A stretch of 59,144 nucleotides of DNA, the filler included, from Nitrospirota bacterium (GTDB lineage Bacteria > UBA2233): NCBI GenBank assembly GCA_011620345.1. It is 7 parts of 7 records of this genome, joined end to end, with 100 filler letters (N's around TTAATTAATTAA, not from the genome) between each part and the next. Parts side by side here need not be neighbours in the genome. Positions count along the whole stretch, not along the records: positions 1 to 29,615 come from WOZJ01000022.1; positions 29,716 to 35,310 come from WOZJ01000034.1; positions 35,411 to 40,988 come from WOZJ01000043.1; 4 more parts are not named here. One strand, given 5' to 3'. Below, one piece after another: positions 28,468 to 37,669 of the stretch (positions are counted from its first letter, which is position 1; every line of letters begins with the position of its first letter). Below the pieces are notes generated by a model. That model was not told the DNA's origin. It saw only the letters and a list, made by a program, of their open reading frames with translations, and made no database searches. The position numbers and the translations under genes are program-made.

Positions 28468-29361
28468 ATGAAAAATTCCATACCCGTAACCGAACTAGCC
28501 ATAAAAGAACTCGCCGGGTTCGAAAGTTTCACGGTCCCCCAGATCATCGAACGGATTCACCAAGAAAACGCCTTAGCATGCGAGGCCGTTGGCCGTGCCC
28601 TCCCTGCGATCGCAAAAGCTCTCGAGGAGGCGTTCGTTCAGATGAAGGCAGGGGGAAGGCTCGTCTATGCCGGCGCGGGAACATCGGGCAGGCTTGGCGT
28701 AATGGATGCAGCAGAACTGCCCGTTACGTTCGGAATACCCGAGAATAGGGCTCGAGCCGTCCTGGCGGGGGGCCCTGAGGCGTTTTGCCGCGCCATCGAA
28801 GGCGCCGAGGACAACGAGGAGGCCGGTAGGCATGCCATTCTTCAAGAACAAATGGAGCCCCGCGATTTGGCCATAGGCATAAGCGCTTCGGGCAACACAC
28901 CATTTGTCATCGGAGCGATATATCAAGCAAAGGAGGCAGGAGCGAAAACGATTGGCCTTTGTTGCAACCCTTTAGGGAAGATTCTTACGCTCACGGACGT
29001 ACCGATCCTTCTTGAGACGGGCCCAGAAGTTTTGGCTGGGTCTACGCGGATGAAGGCGGCCACGGCACAAAAAATGGCCCTCACCATGTTCTCGACCACG
29101 TTGATGCTTAAATTAGGCTACGCATTTGGCCCCTACATGGTAGGGATGAGGACCCACAACGCAAAGTTAAAGATGAGGGCCGTACGAATTCTCTCCGAGG
29201 TTGCCGCTCTAAAAATGGCCAACGCCGAAGAGGTCTTGAAACAAGCAGGCTGGGATCTCAAAGTGGCCCTTGTGATGGCCAAGAAGGGCGTAAGCCACGA
29301 TGGTGCCAAGAGTATACTCGAAAGTACGCATGGGGACTTAACGGAAATTCTCGGAGGTTAA
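28468..29361 (+). CDS. murQ: N-acetylmuramic acid 6-phosphate etherase
   Basis: GAGTSGRLGVMDAAE..PVTFG, EGAED, ISASG.TP, GPEVLAGSTRMKA.TAQK. AAGGAGG lies before ATG 28468. Confidence 0.95.
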   Translation: MKNSIPVTELAIKELAGFESFTVPQIIERIHQENALACEAVGRALPAIAKALEEAFVQMKAGGRLVYAGAGTSGRLGVMDAAELPVTFGIPENRARAVLAGGPEAFCRAIEGAEDNEEAGRHAILQEQMEPRDLAIGISASGNTPFVIGAIYQAKEAGAKTIGLCCNPLGKILTLTDVPILLETGPEVLAGSTRMKAATAQKMALTMFSTTLMLKLGYAFGPYMVGMRTHNAKLKMRAVRILSEVAALKMANAEEVLKQAGWDLKVALVMAKKGVSHDGAKSILESTHGDLTEILGG

Positions 29362-29615
29362 GGCATCAACGACGAGGATGGAACAAGATGAACGCTTAGA
29401 CCTCAGAGGGGGTTGAGTGAGGATAAAATCAACCTACCAACGACCGAAAAGAGCGTACAGGGAACTCTCGAAATTTCAAACGTTCAAGCAACACAGCGGC
29501 TCGCACAAGGGACGGTAGAAGACGTTGCCCCTGCTGTACGGCATAAGGCAAACAAACCATCCTGCAGTCTTTTCTTTTCTGTTTTGCTTGTAGCCTGTTC
29601 TTTCCGATAAAGCGA

Positions 29616-29715
29616 NNNNNNNNNNNNNNNNNNNNNNNNNNNNNNNNNNNNNNNNNNNNTTAATTAATTAANNNNNNNNNNNNNNNNNNNNNNNNNNNNN
29701 NNNNNNNNNNNNNNN
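29616..29715. other. Artificial contig linker (N-run with TTAATTAATTAA)
   Basis: A 100-nt spacer with stops in all frames. Identical linkers occur at 35311-35410, 40989-41088, 46131-46230, 50551-50650 and 54869-54968. Confidence 0.98.
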
Positions 29716-29807
29716 CGTTTGGTTTAAGTTGGGCGTTTTAGGCAACGATCGTCTTCAGCGCATTTCGTCTTTCATGGGCGAAGCCTCCTTTTATTGCTTA
29801 TTGCTTC

Positions 29808-30083
29808 TCATGGCAGCAAAAATCCGTTCAAAACGAGCGGGTTTTGGGGTGCGTTGACATCCAAAAAAGGCGTAAGGAGCACGTCGTCAACGTAGTAAAC
29901 GAGCCACTCGGCAAAAGGTATATAGTCCATGCTCGGGATGAGCAGGCCATTCAATAGCGTATCGAGGCCGGTGCCGATCAGGTTGGCTGAATCCAATATG
30001 GAGCTGAAGCTTGCCTGGATGAGGCTGCCCGAAGCCCCGAGGATGCTTGTCAGCGCCTGGCCGGATGCCGTGAAGACCTCCAT
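29808..30083 (-). CDS. Hypothetical small amphipathic protein (91 aa, no K/R/H/C) downstream of pilC
   Basis: AAGGAG RBS. Starts about 33 nt after the pilC stop, on the same strand. Confidence 0.65.
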   Translation of the reverse strand: MEVFTASGQALTSILGASGSLIQASFSSILDSANLIGTGLDTLLNGLLIPSMDYIPFAEWLVYYVDDVLLTPFLDVNAPQNPLVLNGFLLP

Positions 30084-30115
30084 GCGTGCTCCTTTTTTAT
30101 TAGCCTTGGTTTTTA

Positions 30116-31345
30116 TTAGCCTTGGATTTGGCTCACCAACTCGCCCACCTTGAAAAGCGGCATGTATATAGAAATGAGGATGAACCCGATGATTCCGCCC
30201 ATGCCCAAGAGTAGGGCGGGCTCCAAAAGGCTCAACATCGTCTCGATCGCGCTTTCCGTCTCGGACTCGTAGTAGACGTTTATCTTTTGGAGCATTTGAT
30301 CGAGCGTGCCCGACATCTCGCCCGCCGCCACCATTTGAACAACCATTCCTGGGAAATGCGGGTCCTTCCCCATCGAAGCGGCTATAGATTCACCTTGGCG
30401 TACGCTTTCGGCCACTCCCAGAATCGCGTCTTTTAACGCGAGGTTGGGGATGGCCCGTGAGCTTGTCTCGAAGCAGCGCATGACGGGCAGGCCGCAGACC
30501 AAAAGCGTCCCGAACGTGTCGGCAAAGCGTGCCAGGCCGGATTTGTGCGCAACGGGCCCGATGGCCGGAAGCTTCAAGGCGAGCCTATGCCAAGCCCGCT
30601 TGATACGGGGCACTTTCATGAGCGCGTAGGCCATAACGACAAGCCAGACGAGCACGGCCGCCGAGATGAACGCGTGGTCTCTTAGAGCATGGCTTGCGCC
30701 GAGCATAAACTTGGTGGTCGGGGGCAGGATCGTCACAAAGTCCTTGAACGTGGCCTCGAAGTTCGGGATTACCCAAAGGAGGAACAACAAGATCACACCA
30801 AAAGATAAGACGGCCAGCACGCTCGGGTAAACGATCGCCCCGCGGATCCTGCGCTTGATGGCGATCGCCTTTTCGATGTGGGTGGCCAGCCTGCCTAGTA
30901 CCCTGCCTAAAATACCAGAGCTCTCGCCCGCCTCTACGGTCCCCACGTAGACCTCGTCGAACACTTTGGGATGGGCCCCGAGCGCGTCATGGAGGCTCGC
31001 GCCTCCCTCGACCTCGGCGATGATGTCGGATAGGATCTTGGCGAAGTAAGGGTTGCGCTCTTCTTTCCTGAGCGTGCCAAGCGCGGTCAGAAGCGGCAAT
31101 CCCGCCTCGATCATGGCCGCGAGCTGACGGGTGAAGGCAAGTAACTCTTTTGCCTTAACCCGTCCTTTCAAGAAGGGAATGCGGATCTCTCTTTTGAGGA
31201 GGCTTGGCTTTTTTTCCTTGAGCCCTACCAAAAGGAGGCGTTCGTTGTACATCCAGGCCTTGGCGGCCGCCTCGGAGCCTGCCTCGAGGGTCCCATGCTT
31301 GAGCTCCCCTTCCTTCGTCCTTGCGGTGTAGGCGTATACCGGCAT
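30116..31345 (-). CDS. pilC: Type IV pilus inner-membrane platform protein (T2SS F family)
   Basis: FTRQLAAMIEAGLPL, AGESSG, AIVYP, MVAAGEMSGTLDQML, LEP, IYMPLF. Confidence 0.95.
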   Translation of the reverse strand: MPVYAYTARTKEGELKHGTLEAGSEAAAKAWMYNERLLLVGLKEKKPSLLKREIRIPFLKGRVKAKELLAFTRQLAAMIEAGLPLLTALGTLRKEERNPYFAKILSDIIAEVEGGASLHDALGAHPKVFDEVYVGTVEAGESSGILGRVLGRLATHIEKAIAIKRRIRGAIVYPSVLAVLSFGVILLFLLWVIPNFEATFKDFVTILPPTTKFMLGASHALRDHAFISAAVLVWLVVMAYALMKVPRIKRAWHRLALKLPAIGPVAHKSGLARFADTFGTLLVCGLPVMRCFETSSRAIPNLALKDAILGVAESVRQGESIAASMGKDPHFPGMVVQMVAAGEMSGTLDQMLQKINVYYESETESAIETMLSLLEPALLLGMGGIIGFILISIYMPLFKVGELVSQIQG

Positions 31346-31366
31346 GGGCGCTTGTTCCTATGTTTT

Positions 31367-32488
31367 TTAGGACGGCCGGCCCCGAAGAATCGGGCCGTTG
31401 TTTTTTGCATTCTTGAAAAGCTGGAAAGCCCGGTAGAATTCTTCTGTGTCGGAGGCGGCGTACAATGCATCCTCTTCGGAGATCGTGCCCTTTGCGAAGG
31501 CCTCGGCGAGCATTTGGCTCATCGTGACCATCCGGGTTTTTTCCTGGCCCATCTGCATTTGGGAGTAGATCTGGTGGGTCTTGCCCTCCCGGATCAAGTT
31601 GCGGACGGCCGGAGTGGCTATGAGGAACTCGTAGACCATGACCCTGCCTCCGCCTACCTTGGGCAGGAGCCTTTGACAAAGGACGGCGTCGAGGACGAAA
31701 GAGAGCTGGGTCCGCACCTGGGCTTGCTGGTGAGGCGGGAAGACGTCGATAATGCGGTTAATCGTCTGGACGGCCGAGTTGGTGTGCAGCGTAGAGAATA
31801 CCATATGCCCCGTCTCGGCGATGTGCAGCGCGGCCTCGATGCTCTCCAAATCACGCATCTCGCCGATCAGAACGACGTCCGGATCCTCGCGCAGCACGCT
31901 CCTTAGCGCCCTTTGGAAGCTCACGGAGTCTTGACCAATCTCGCGCTGGTTGACGACGGAGCGCCTATGGCGGTGGAGGTACTCTATGGGGTCTTCGATC
32001 GTGACGATATGCGCGCTCTTGGCTTGATTGATGGCGTCGATCATCGAAGCAAGCGTCGTCGACTTCCCTGACCCCGTCGGCCCGGTCACAAGGATAAACC
32101 CCTGGGGCTTTAGAGTCAGCTCCTCTAAGGCTTGGGGCAGCCCAAGGGCGCGAAGCGGCCAAGGCTCGTAGGGAATGAGCCGGATCGCCAGCGCAAGCGA
32201 GCCTCGTTGATGGTAGGCGTTGACACGAAACCTGCCGACGCCTTCAATGCCGAAGGAAAAATCGACCTCCATTTGGGTAGTGAGGGCTTCCCATTTACCG
32301 GGGGCATTCACGATGTCCTTGGCGATAAGCTCGATTTGGGGGGGGGTCAAGGGTGTATATCCTTCAACCTCCAAAAGTGTCCCGTCCACGCGGACCATCG
32401 GGGGTACGCCCACGGTCAGGTGAAGGTCTGAGCCTTTCTTGTCGGCGAGGATCTCTAGGAGGCTTCGTATCGCGATGTCCATGCTCAT
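31367..32488 (-). CDS. pilT: Type IV pilus retraction ATPase
   Basis: SDLHL, RFRVN, GPTGSGKSTT, TIEDPIE, LREDPD, AETGH, AVRNLIRE. ATG overlaps the pilB stop. Confidence 0.96.
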   Translation of the reverse strand: MSMDIAIRSLLEILADKKGSDLHLTVGVPPMVRVDGTLLEVEGYTPLTPPQIELIAKDIVNAPGKWEALTTQMEVDFSFGIEGVGRFRVNAYHQRGSLALAIRLIPYEPWPLRALGLPQALEELTLKPQGFILVTGPTGSGKSTTLASMIDAINQAKSAHIVTIEDPIEYLHRHRRSVVNQREIGQDSVSFQRALRSVLREDPDVVLIGEMRDLESIEAALHIAETGHMVFSTLHTNSAVQTINRIIDVFPPHQQAQVRTQLSFVLDAVLCQRLLPKVGGGRVMVYEFLIATPAVRNLIREGKTHQIYSQMQMGQEKTRMVTMSQMLAEAFAKGTISEEDALYAASDTEEFYRAFQLFKNAKNNGPILRGRPS

Positions 32489-34287
32489 CGGTCCGGCATG
32501 GTGGATGCGGTGACTTCTTCGATGCTCGTGAGGCCCGCCTTGGCCTTTTCGAGCCCCATCTGCCTCAGCGTTCGCATTCCGAACCGTCTTGCCTCGCGCT
32601 TGACCTCCGTAATAGGCGCCCGCTCCAAGAACATTTCCCGGATCTCGTCGTTGACGGCGAACACCTCGAAAATCCCTACCCTGCCCAAATACCCTGTATT
32701 GAAGCACTTTGGGCAGCCTTTTGGGCCGAACAGGTTAACGTCTGGAATATCCTTGGGGTCGAACCCCACCTGGATCAGCGCCTTGGAGGGAGGCTTGAGC
32801 GGAACCTTGCAATGGGGACACAGCTTTCTTAGGAGCCGTTGGGCCATTGTTAAAACGACCGAAGAGGCGACTAGGTAGGGCTCTACGTTCATGTTGGTCA
32901 GCCTTGCGAGCGCGGAAGGGGCGTCGTTGGTGTGCAACGTAGAAAGGAGGAGATGGCCCGTGAGGGAGGCCTTGATGGCAATGTCGGCCGTTTCGAAGTC
33001 CCGAATTTCGCCCACAAGGATAATATCCGGGTCTTGGCGCAGGAACGACCGGATAGCGGAGGCGAACGTTAATTCGATCTCTTCGCGGATCTGCATTTGG
33101 TTGATGCCGGGCAAGTCGAACTCGATCGGGTCCTCGACCGTCATGATGTTGACGGATTCCTTGTTGAGCTCGATGAGCATGCTGTAGAGTGTCGTGGTCT
33201 TTCCCGAGCCCGTCGGGCCGGTCACGAGCACCATCCCTTGAGGGGCGTGGATCGCATGCATTACGGAATCGAGCTCGTCTTGCTCCATGCCGAGCCTTCG
33301 GACATCGATCTGGAGGGCCGCCTTGTCGAGCAGCCGAAGGACGGCTTTTTCTCCGAAGAACGTGGGGACGATGCTCACGCGGATGTCGATGATCCTGCCG
33401 GGGCCGAGCGCGTAGTGGATTCTCCCGTCCTGGGGGAGTCGTTTTTCGGCGATGTCGAGCTGGCTTAAGATCTTGATGCGCGAAACTACCGAACCCGTGA
33501 TTGGCACAGGAAACGAGAACGCCTTAACGAGCTTGCCATCGAGCCTGTAGCGCACGCGGAACGTGTCCTCGAAAGGTTCGAAGTGGATATCCGAGGCCCC
33601 TGCGGCGATTGCTTTTCTCAACACGTAATCGACAATGTTGACGACCGCATCGTCCGTTTTTTGCTGGCCTACTGGCAAAACCGCCGCGGCTGGCTTGCGC
33701 TGGGATTCGCGCGCTTCCATGAGTGCCGTGTTGACAAAAATATCGAGGTTTGTGTCGCTTTCTTCGAACCGCCAGATACCCTTGGGTTCTGCATTGAAAC
33801 GCTCGCGGGTGTAGTCCCTTAGCTGGATTGGTGGCTTGACGGCAGACTCTTCTTTGAGCGACGGGTAGAGCGCTTCACGACCGGCCCGAACCTGGCTAAA
33901 GGTGGCCACGAGCGGGCGAAAATGGTAATCCGTGGCAAACTCGAGGTCTTTTAGCGTACCGAGAGCCTCGATGTCGGCGACGAGCATCCAGATATCCCGG
34001 CCCTCTCTCTTGAGCGGGACGATGTAGGGGTTGTTCTTAATCAGCTCAGGAGGCAGCATGGTTGAAAGGGAAGCATCCGGGGTGAGGCCGGCTTGTTGCG
34101 CCCTTGGCGCGTGGCTTATTTCGGCCAGAAACGCCGCAAGCTGTTCTTCGCTCGTTTCCCCCAGCGTCAAGACGTGCTCCAAGAGGCTCCCGCCCTTGTG
34201 ACGTACAAGCCACTCGGCCTGGCGTACGGCAAGCTCCGAAGCGAGGCCCTTGGAGATCAGCAAATATCCCAAGTCTTTGGTTTGCAT
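32485..34287 (-). CDS. pilB: Type IV pilus assembly ATPase
   Basis: ASDIHFEP, LDIAEKRLPQDGRI, GPTGSGKTTT, LRQDPD, TGHL, tetracysteine CPHC...CPKC. Confidence 0.95.
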   Translation of the reverse strand: MQTKDLGYLLISKGLASELAVRQAEWLVRHKGGSLLEHVLTLGETSEEQLAAFLAEISHAPRAQQAGLTPDASLSTMLPPELIKNNPYIVPLKREGRDIWMLVADIEALGTLKDLEFATDYHFRPLVATFSQVRAGREALYPSLKEESAVKPPIQLRDYTRERFNAEPKGIWRFEESDTNLDIFVNTALMEARESQRKPAAAVLPVGQQKTDDAVVNIVDYVLRKAIAAGASDIHFEPFEDTFRVRYRLDGKLVKAFSFPVPITGSVVSRIKILSQLDIAEKRLPQDGRIHYALGPGRIIDIRVSIVPTFFGEKAVLRLLDKAALQIDVRRLGMEQDELDSVMHAIHAPQGMVLVTGPTGSGKTTTLYSMLIELNKESVNIMTVEDPIEFDLPGINQMQIREEIELTFASAIRSFLRQDPDIILVGEIRDFETADIAIKASLTGHLLLSTLHTNDAPSALARLTNMNVEPYLVASSVVLTMAQRLLRKLCPHCKVPLKPPSKALIQVGFDPKDIPDVNLFGPKGCPKCFNTGYLGRVGIFEVFAVNDEIREMFLERAPITEVKREARRFGMRTLRQMGLEKAKAGLTSIEEVTASTMPDR

Positions 34288-34386
34288 CGAGCGTGCGCAA
34301 TCCTAGCGTTCATAAAAAGAGCGAAAGTTCAAAGGGGTTTCATGAATGAGCGTGGCACAAGCCCAGTGAGGGGTCAAGGGGGTTTC

Positions 34387-35271
34387 CTAGAGAGCCTTCC
34401 TGACGCGCTTTTCGAGCGCTTCTAAAAGGAGCCGAGGATTTTTTTCGACCTTTTTTCCAAAAAACAGCCAGAAGGCCAAGAGCCCCTGGAACAGGAGCAT
34501 GGGGAGGCCATTTTGAATACTCGCCCCGGCCCGCTTGGCCGCCTTGAGGAATGGGGTCAACGGGGGGTGATAGACCAAATCGACGGCCCGGACGGGACGG
34601 GACGGATTCCTTGGAAAGCGGATGTCCAGCCTGCCTCCCCCCATTTCGGCCGAAGCAGCCTGAACGATCCAATCGAACCTCCTCACAAACCCGGGCTCAA
34701 GGAGCACGTCTAAAGGATGGGCCTCTATGATCGTTGGGCCAAGGGCGCTCGCGGCCTCTTTGAGCAACCTGGCACGCTCGAGCGTTCGGTTGGCGATCAC
34801 AAGAACTCCTGGTCTTTGCCTTATGAGCCCGCAAGTGACTGCTCGGGCCGCCCCGCCGGCTCCAATGACCAAGATGCGTGACCCCTCGATCGTCGCCCCT
34901 CCAAACCCGAAAGCCAGCGCAGACATGAACCCTTGGGCATCCGTGTTGTGGCCAAGATAGCCCCCACCCACAAGCCGGACGACAGTATTCACGGCCCCGA
35001 TTGTACGGGCTTCATGGCTTAGGACGTCCAGGTGCTCGAGCATGCGTTCTTTGTAAGGGACGGTTACGTTGAACCCGTCGACCCCTAGCTCGTATAGGCC
35101 CTCGATTGCCTTCGAAAACCGCTCCGATGGAACTTCAAACGGGACATAGGAGCCTTTTTCGTGGGCAAGCTCCATGAAGAAGCCCTGCATCCACGGGGAG
35201 AGCGATGCGGACACGGCGCTGCCCAAGATGCCAAGAAACCTGGGTGGAAGGGCGGGCTTTATCCGTGACAA
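34387..35271 (-). CDS. aroE: Shikimate dehydrogenase
   Basis: SLSP, GFNVTVPYKE, GAVNT, NTD..GF, GAGGAARA, NRT, DLVY.P..TPFL, GL.MLLFQG. Confidence 0.93.
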   Translation of the reverse strand: MSRIKPALPPRFLGILGSAVSASLSPWMQGFFMELAHEKGSYVPFEVPSERFSKAIEGLYELGVDGFNVTVPYKERMLEHLDVLSHEARTIGAVNTVVRLVGGGYLGHNTDAQGFMSALAFGFGGATIEGSRILVIGAGGAARAVTCGLIRQRPGVLVIANRTLERARLLKEAASALGPTIIEAHPLDVLLEPGFVRRFDWIVQAASAEMGGGRLDIRFPRNPSRPVRAVDLVYHPPLTPFLKAAKRAGASIQNGLPMLLFQGLLAFWLFFGKKVEKNPRLLLEALEKRVRKAL

Positions 35272-35410
35272 CCTTTATCCGGCCTACCTTTAGGGAAAAA
35301 CGTACCAAGCNNNNNNNNNNNNNNNNNNNNNNNNNNNNNNNNNNNNNNNNNNNNTTAATTAATTAANNNNNNNNNNNNNNNNNNNNNNNNNNNNNNNNNN
35401 NNNNNNNNNN

Positions 35411-35463
35411 CGCCCGCGCCGTTGAAGCTGGAAGCCCCCGCCTTTAGGCGTGGGGCAATTCAC
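35411..35463 (+). mobile_element. Right end of an IS200/IS605-family (tnpB/IS1341-type) element at the contig edge
   Basis: GAAGCCCCCGCCTTTAGGCGTGGGG subterminal hairpin followed by ..TTCAC, the typical right-end layout. The assembly breaks here. Confidence 0.7.
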
Positions 35464-35589
35464 TCGCCGTATCTTCAAAAGATTACCCTTCAAAATAAAA
35501 AAAATTTATTAAGGAGTGTAAGCCTCCCTCGGTTTGGTTTCCTCCGCGCCGTAAAAAATCTCTCCTTGCCCAAGGAGAGATCCTGAATA

Positions 35590-36180
35590 TCATAAAGACG
35601 GCTGCCGCAATGAACGTGCTTGCCGTTCCAAATATGCAAGCCATTTTTGCCGGCGTTGTTGTGTACTTCCTTTCGAACCGGCAAACATCATCCGTTTCAC
35701 GTTCCGGATACCGCAAAACCGCAGGATTGCCCGGTTCATGACCGTCCATTCGGCATTAAAGCGAAACAGCGACACATACCACCCCGGCGAATCGATCGTA
35801 TAGACCACCCATGCGGATTTTCCTTGCAGCAGTCCTTTGGGTATTATTCCGTCGTATGTAAAAGCAAATCCGGAGACCAGTACTCGATCGATAAATCCTT
35901 TTAAAATAGCAGGCAGCCCATACCACCAAACAGGATATATAAAAATCAGATGTTCTGCTTCCCAAACAAGTTGACGATAGTTGGCGGTTTCCGGATCATT
36001 CTGCAGATCACGGCGCCGCTTAGTTTCGTTGAACACCAGGACAGGGTCGAACTTCTCTTGATACAGGTCAATGACCGTTACGTGATGACCGCCGTCCCGT
36101 GCTCCGGCTGCGATTGTTTCCAGCACGGCATGATTGAAACTGTCGGGGTCCGGATGTGCATACACAATCAGTACTTTCAT
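35590..36180 (-). CDS. NAD(P)H-dependent oxidoreductase, flavodoxin_2 (MdaB/KefF-like quinone reductase) family
   Basis: MKVLIVYAHPDPDSFN, IDLY...FDPVL, YPVWWYGLPAILKGFIDRV...GFAF. Confidence 0.93.
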   Translation of the reverse strand: MKVLIVYAHPDPDSFNHAVLETIAAGARDGGHHVTVIDLYQEKFDPVLVFNETKRRRDLQNDPETANYRQLVWEAEHLIFIYPVWWYGLPAILKGFIDRVLVSGFAFTYDGIIPKGLLQGKSAWVVYTIDSPGWYVSLFRFNAEWTVMNRAILRFCGIRNVKRMMFAGSKGSTQQRRQKWLAYLERQARSLRQPSL

Positions 36181-36323
36181 CGCATCTGCCCCTTTACTTG
36201 ATATATCAGGCCTACATGCCTTTCATCGCCGATTTTCACCTGCTTGAATCGGCGGCCTTCCTCTGCGAAACCGAGTTTCATATAAAGATGAATGGCCCTC
36301 AGATTGCTAAACGTATGGATGGA
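36177..36323 (-). pseudogene. GNAT acetyltransferase C-terminal fragment
   Basis: 'SNLRAIHLYMKLGFAEEGRRFKQVKIGDERHVGLIY' matches GNAT motif B. There is an in-frame TAG upstream and no N-terminal half. Its stop overlaps the oxidoreductase ATG. Confidence 0.75.
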
Positions 36324-36409
36324 CTAAGAAACAAAAACGCCCTTCTACAGGTATAACCCAATCTGCTATGGGTTGTAGTTGTACACCCATCTTGCTTTCT
36401 CCTCGAGAG

Positions 36410-36442
36410 AAAAGCCCACGGGGGTTGGCCCCGTGGGCTTTT
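36410..36442. terminator. Perfect 14-bp stem hairpin (bidirectional terminator or REP/IS605-like hairpin)
   Basis: AAAAGCCCACGGGG-GTTGG-CCCCGTGGGCTTTT. Confidence 0.6.
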
Positions 36443-36609
36443 GGTGGAAGGCATCTATGACTTCTCTGAGTGGTACGGTGATCAGGTTCAGTCCCGGTAC
36501 TTCAGTCAGCGGACGGATCAAATTCACACTCGCACCTAAGCAGTCATTGTCTTTATCCTTAGCTCCTACCCTTACCGGGCAGCCGCAGTCCCCTCTTTAG
36601 GCTTTGGGT

Positions 36610-37143
36610 CTATCCTGCCAAGTTCCTTAGGCCCTTTAAATCCATAGACTCTAAGATAGCCCTTAGTGTCCCGTCGTCTTTTGCGGCTCCATCCTCAGAT
36701 ACCGACACGCTGAAGAGGAAGCCCTCGTTATCGAGCAAGGCCGTGTATAGGAAATGCCCTGAGGAATCCGGACATTGTAAGGTCATGTCATAAACGCGAA
36801 ACCCTTGAATGTCGTACTCCTTGGAATCCGAGCGGCACTGGGGCCCCCCTTGATCTTCTGCTTGATCTTCTGTTTGGGTCGGACTTTTGATAAAGGCCTG
36901 GATCGTTACGTTTACGGTCCGCCCCGATGGCCCCGTATAGGCTTGATAGACGAAGGATCCCGTGTTCGGCTGGTCGAAAACCGTACTGGAGCGCGGGTCA
37001 GCCTCCCACCCTCTGGGGGCTGAGGGCAGAAATGTTGCCAGGCTTTCTGACGTTGGGATGGTCAAGCCCATTCCCAATGAAGCGCTCATTAGGTTCATCA
37101 GCAACACGGTTGCCACAAAAAACCCTTTTTGCCGGTAACGCAT
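36610..37143 (-). CDS. Hypothetical exported protein
   Basis: GGAG RBS, signal-peptide-like N-terminus, 'FLPSAPRGW', two Cys. Confidence 0.7.
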   Translation of the reverse strand: MRYRQKGFFVATVLLMNLMSASLGMGLTIPTSESLATFLPSAPRGWEADPRSSTVFDQPNTGSFVYQAYTGPSGRTVNVTIQAFIKSPTQTEDQAEDQGGPQCRSDSKEYDIQGFRVYDMTLQCPDSSGHFLYTALLDNEGFLFSVSVSEDGAAKDDGTLRAILESMDLKGLRNLAG

Positions 37144-37173
37144 AGCTGCTCCTCCAAAGATGGCGTGATTTTT

Positions 37174-37476
37174 TTAAGGTTTCAACGTGATGCCCCAAAA
37201 ATTCTGACTAAATCCAGGGTTCGATCGACCTCCTTGCCGCAAGGGAGGTCTCTTCTGGCGTCTCTTCTTCTGGTTGGCCTTTGTTTTGCGATGACTACGG
37301 CAGGGCCGGCTGGGATGTCCTGGGTAAGCCCTTCCTGGACCAGCCCGTAGATCTTGCTCGGTAAACGTCCCGTATACATGAATGACATCTTGGGCTTTGG
37401 CACACTCGAAAGGTAGCAACGAGCCGATTAAAAAGGCGGTCAGACCCAAAGAGGAACGCAGTAATTGTTTTTTCAT
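37174..37476 (-). pseudogene. Probable truncated or frameshifted exported protein
   Basis: Good signal peptide (..AKA|QD), then after about 45 aa an Arg/Lys/Pro-rich sequence that looks out of frame. Confidence 0.35.
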
Positions 37477-37669
37477 TGATTTAGGCCCCCTTTGGCGCAG
37501 GGATTCTAATCAATCAGAATTCAATACTATTATCGTCTATTTTGTCTAAAACTTTAAGCTTCTCTGGACTAGGCCTCCTCCCGAAACTGGTTTTTCCTGG
37601 GTGCTTTGGTCTAAGCTCTATGGTGAGACAAAAGCCTAGGCCGAACAAAACGTGCAACAAGGAGTGGGA

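Noticed and set aside
29362-29615. 65-aa ORF 29413-29610 and reverse-frame ORFs after murQ
   Set aside because: No recognisable motif, a weak TTG start, and it lies at a contig edge.
29808-30083. Major type IV pilin or chlorosome/gas-vesicle protein identity for the small ORF
   Set aside because: There is no prepilin cleavage motif and no recognisable GvpA or Csm signature. Only the general amphipathic character is shared.
36443-36600. Open reverse frame 'CGCPVRVGAKDKDNDCLG...'
   Set aside because: No start codon or RBS and no family recognised. At most an unidentifiable remnant.
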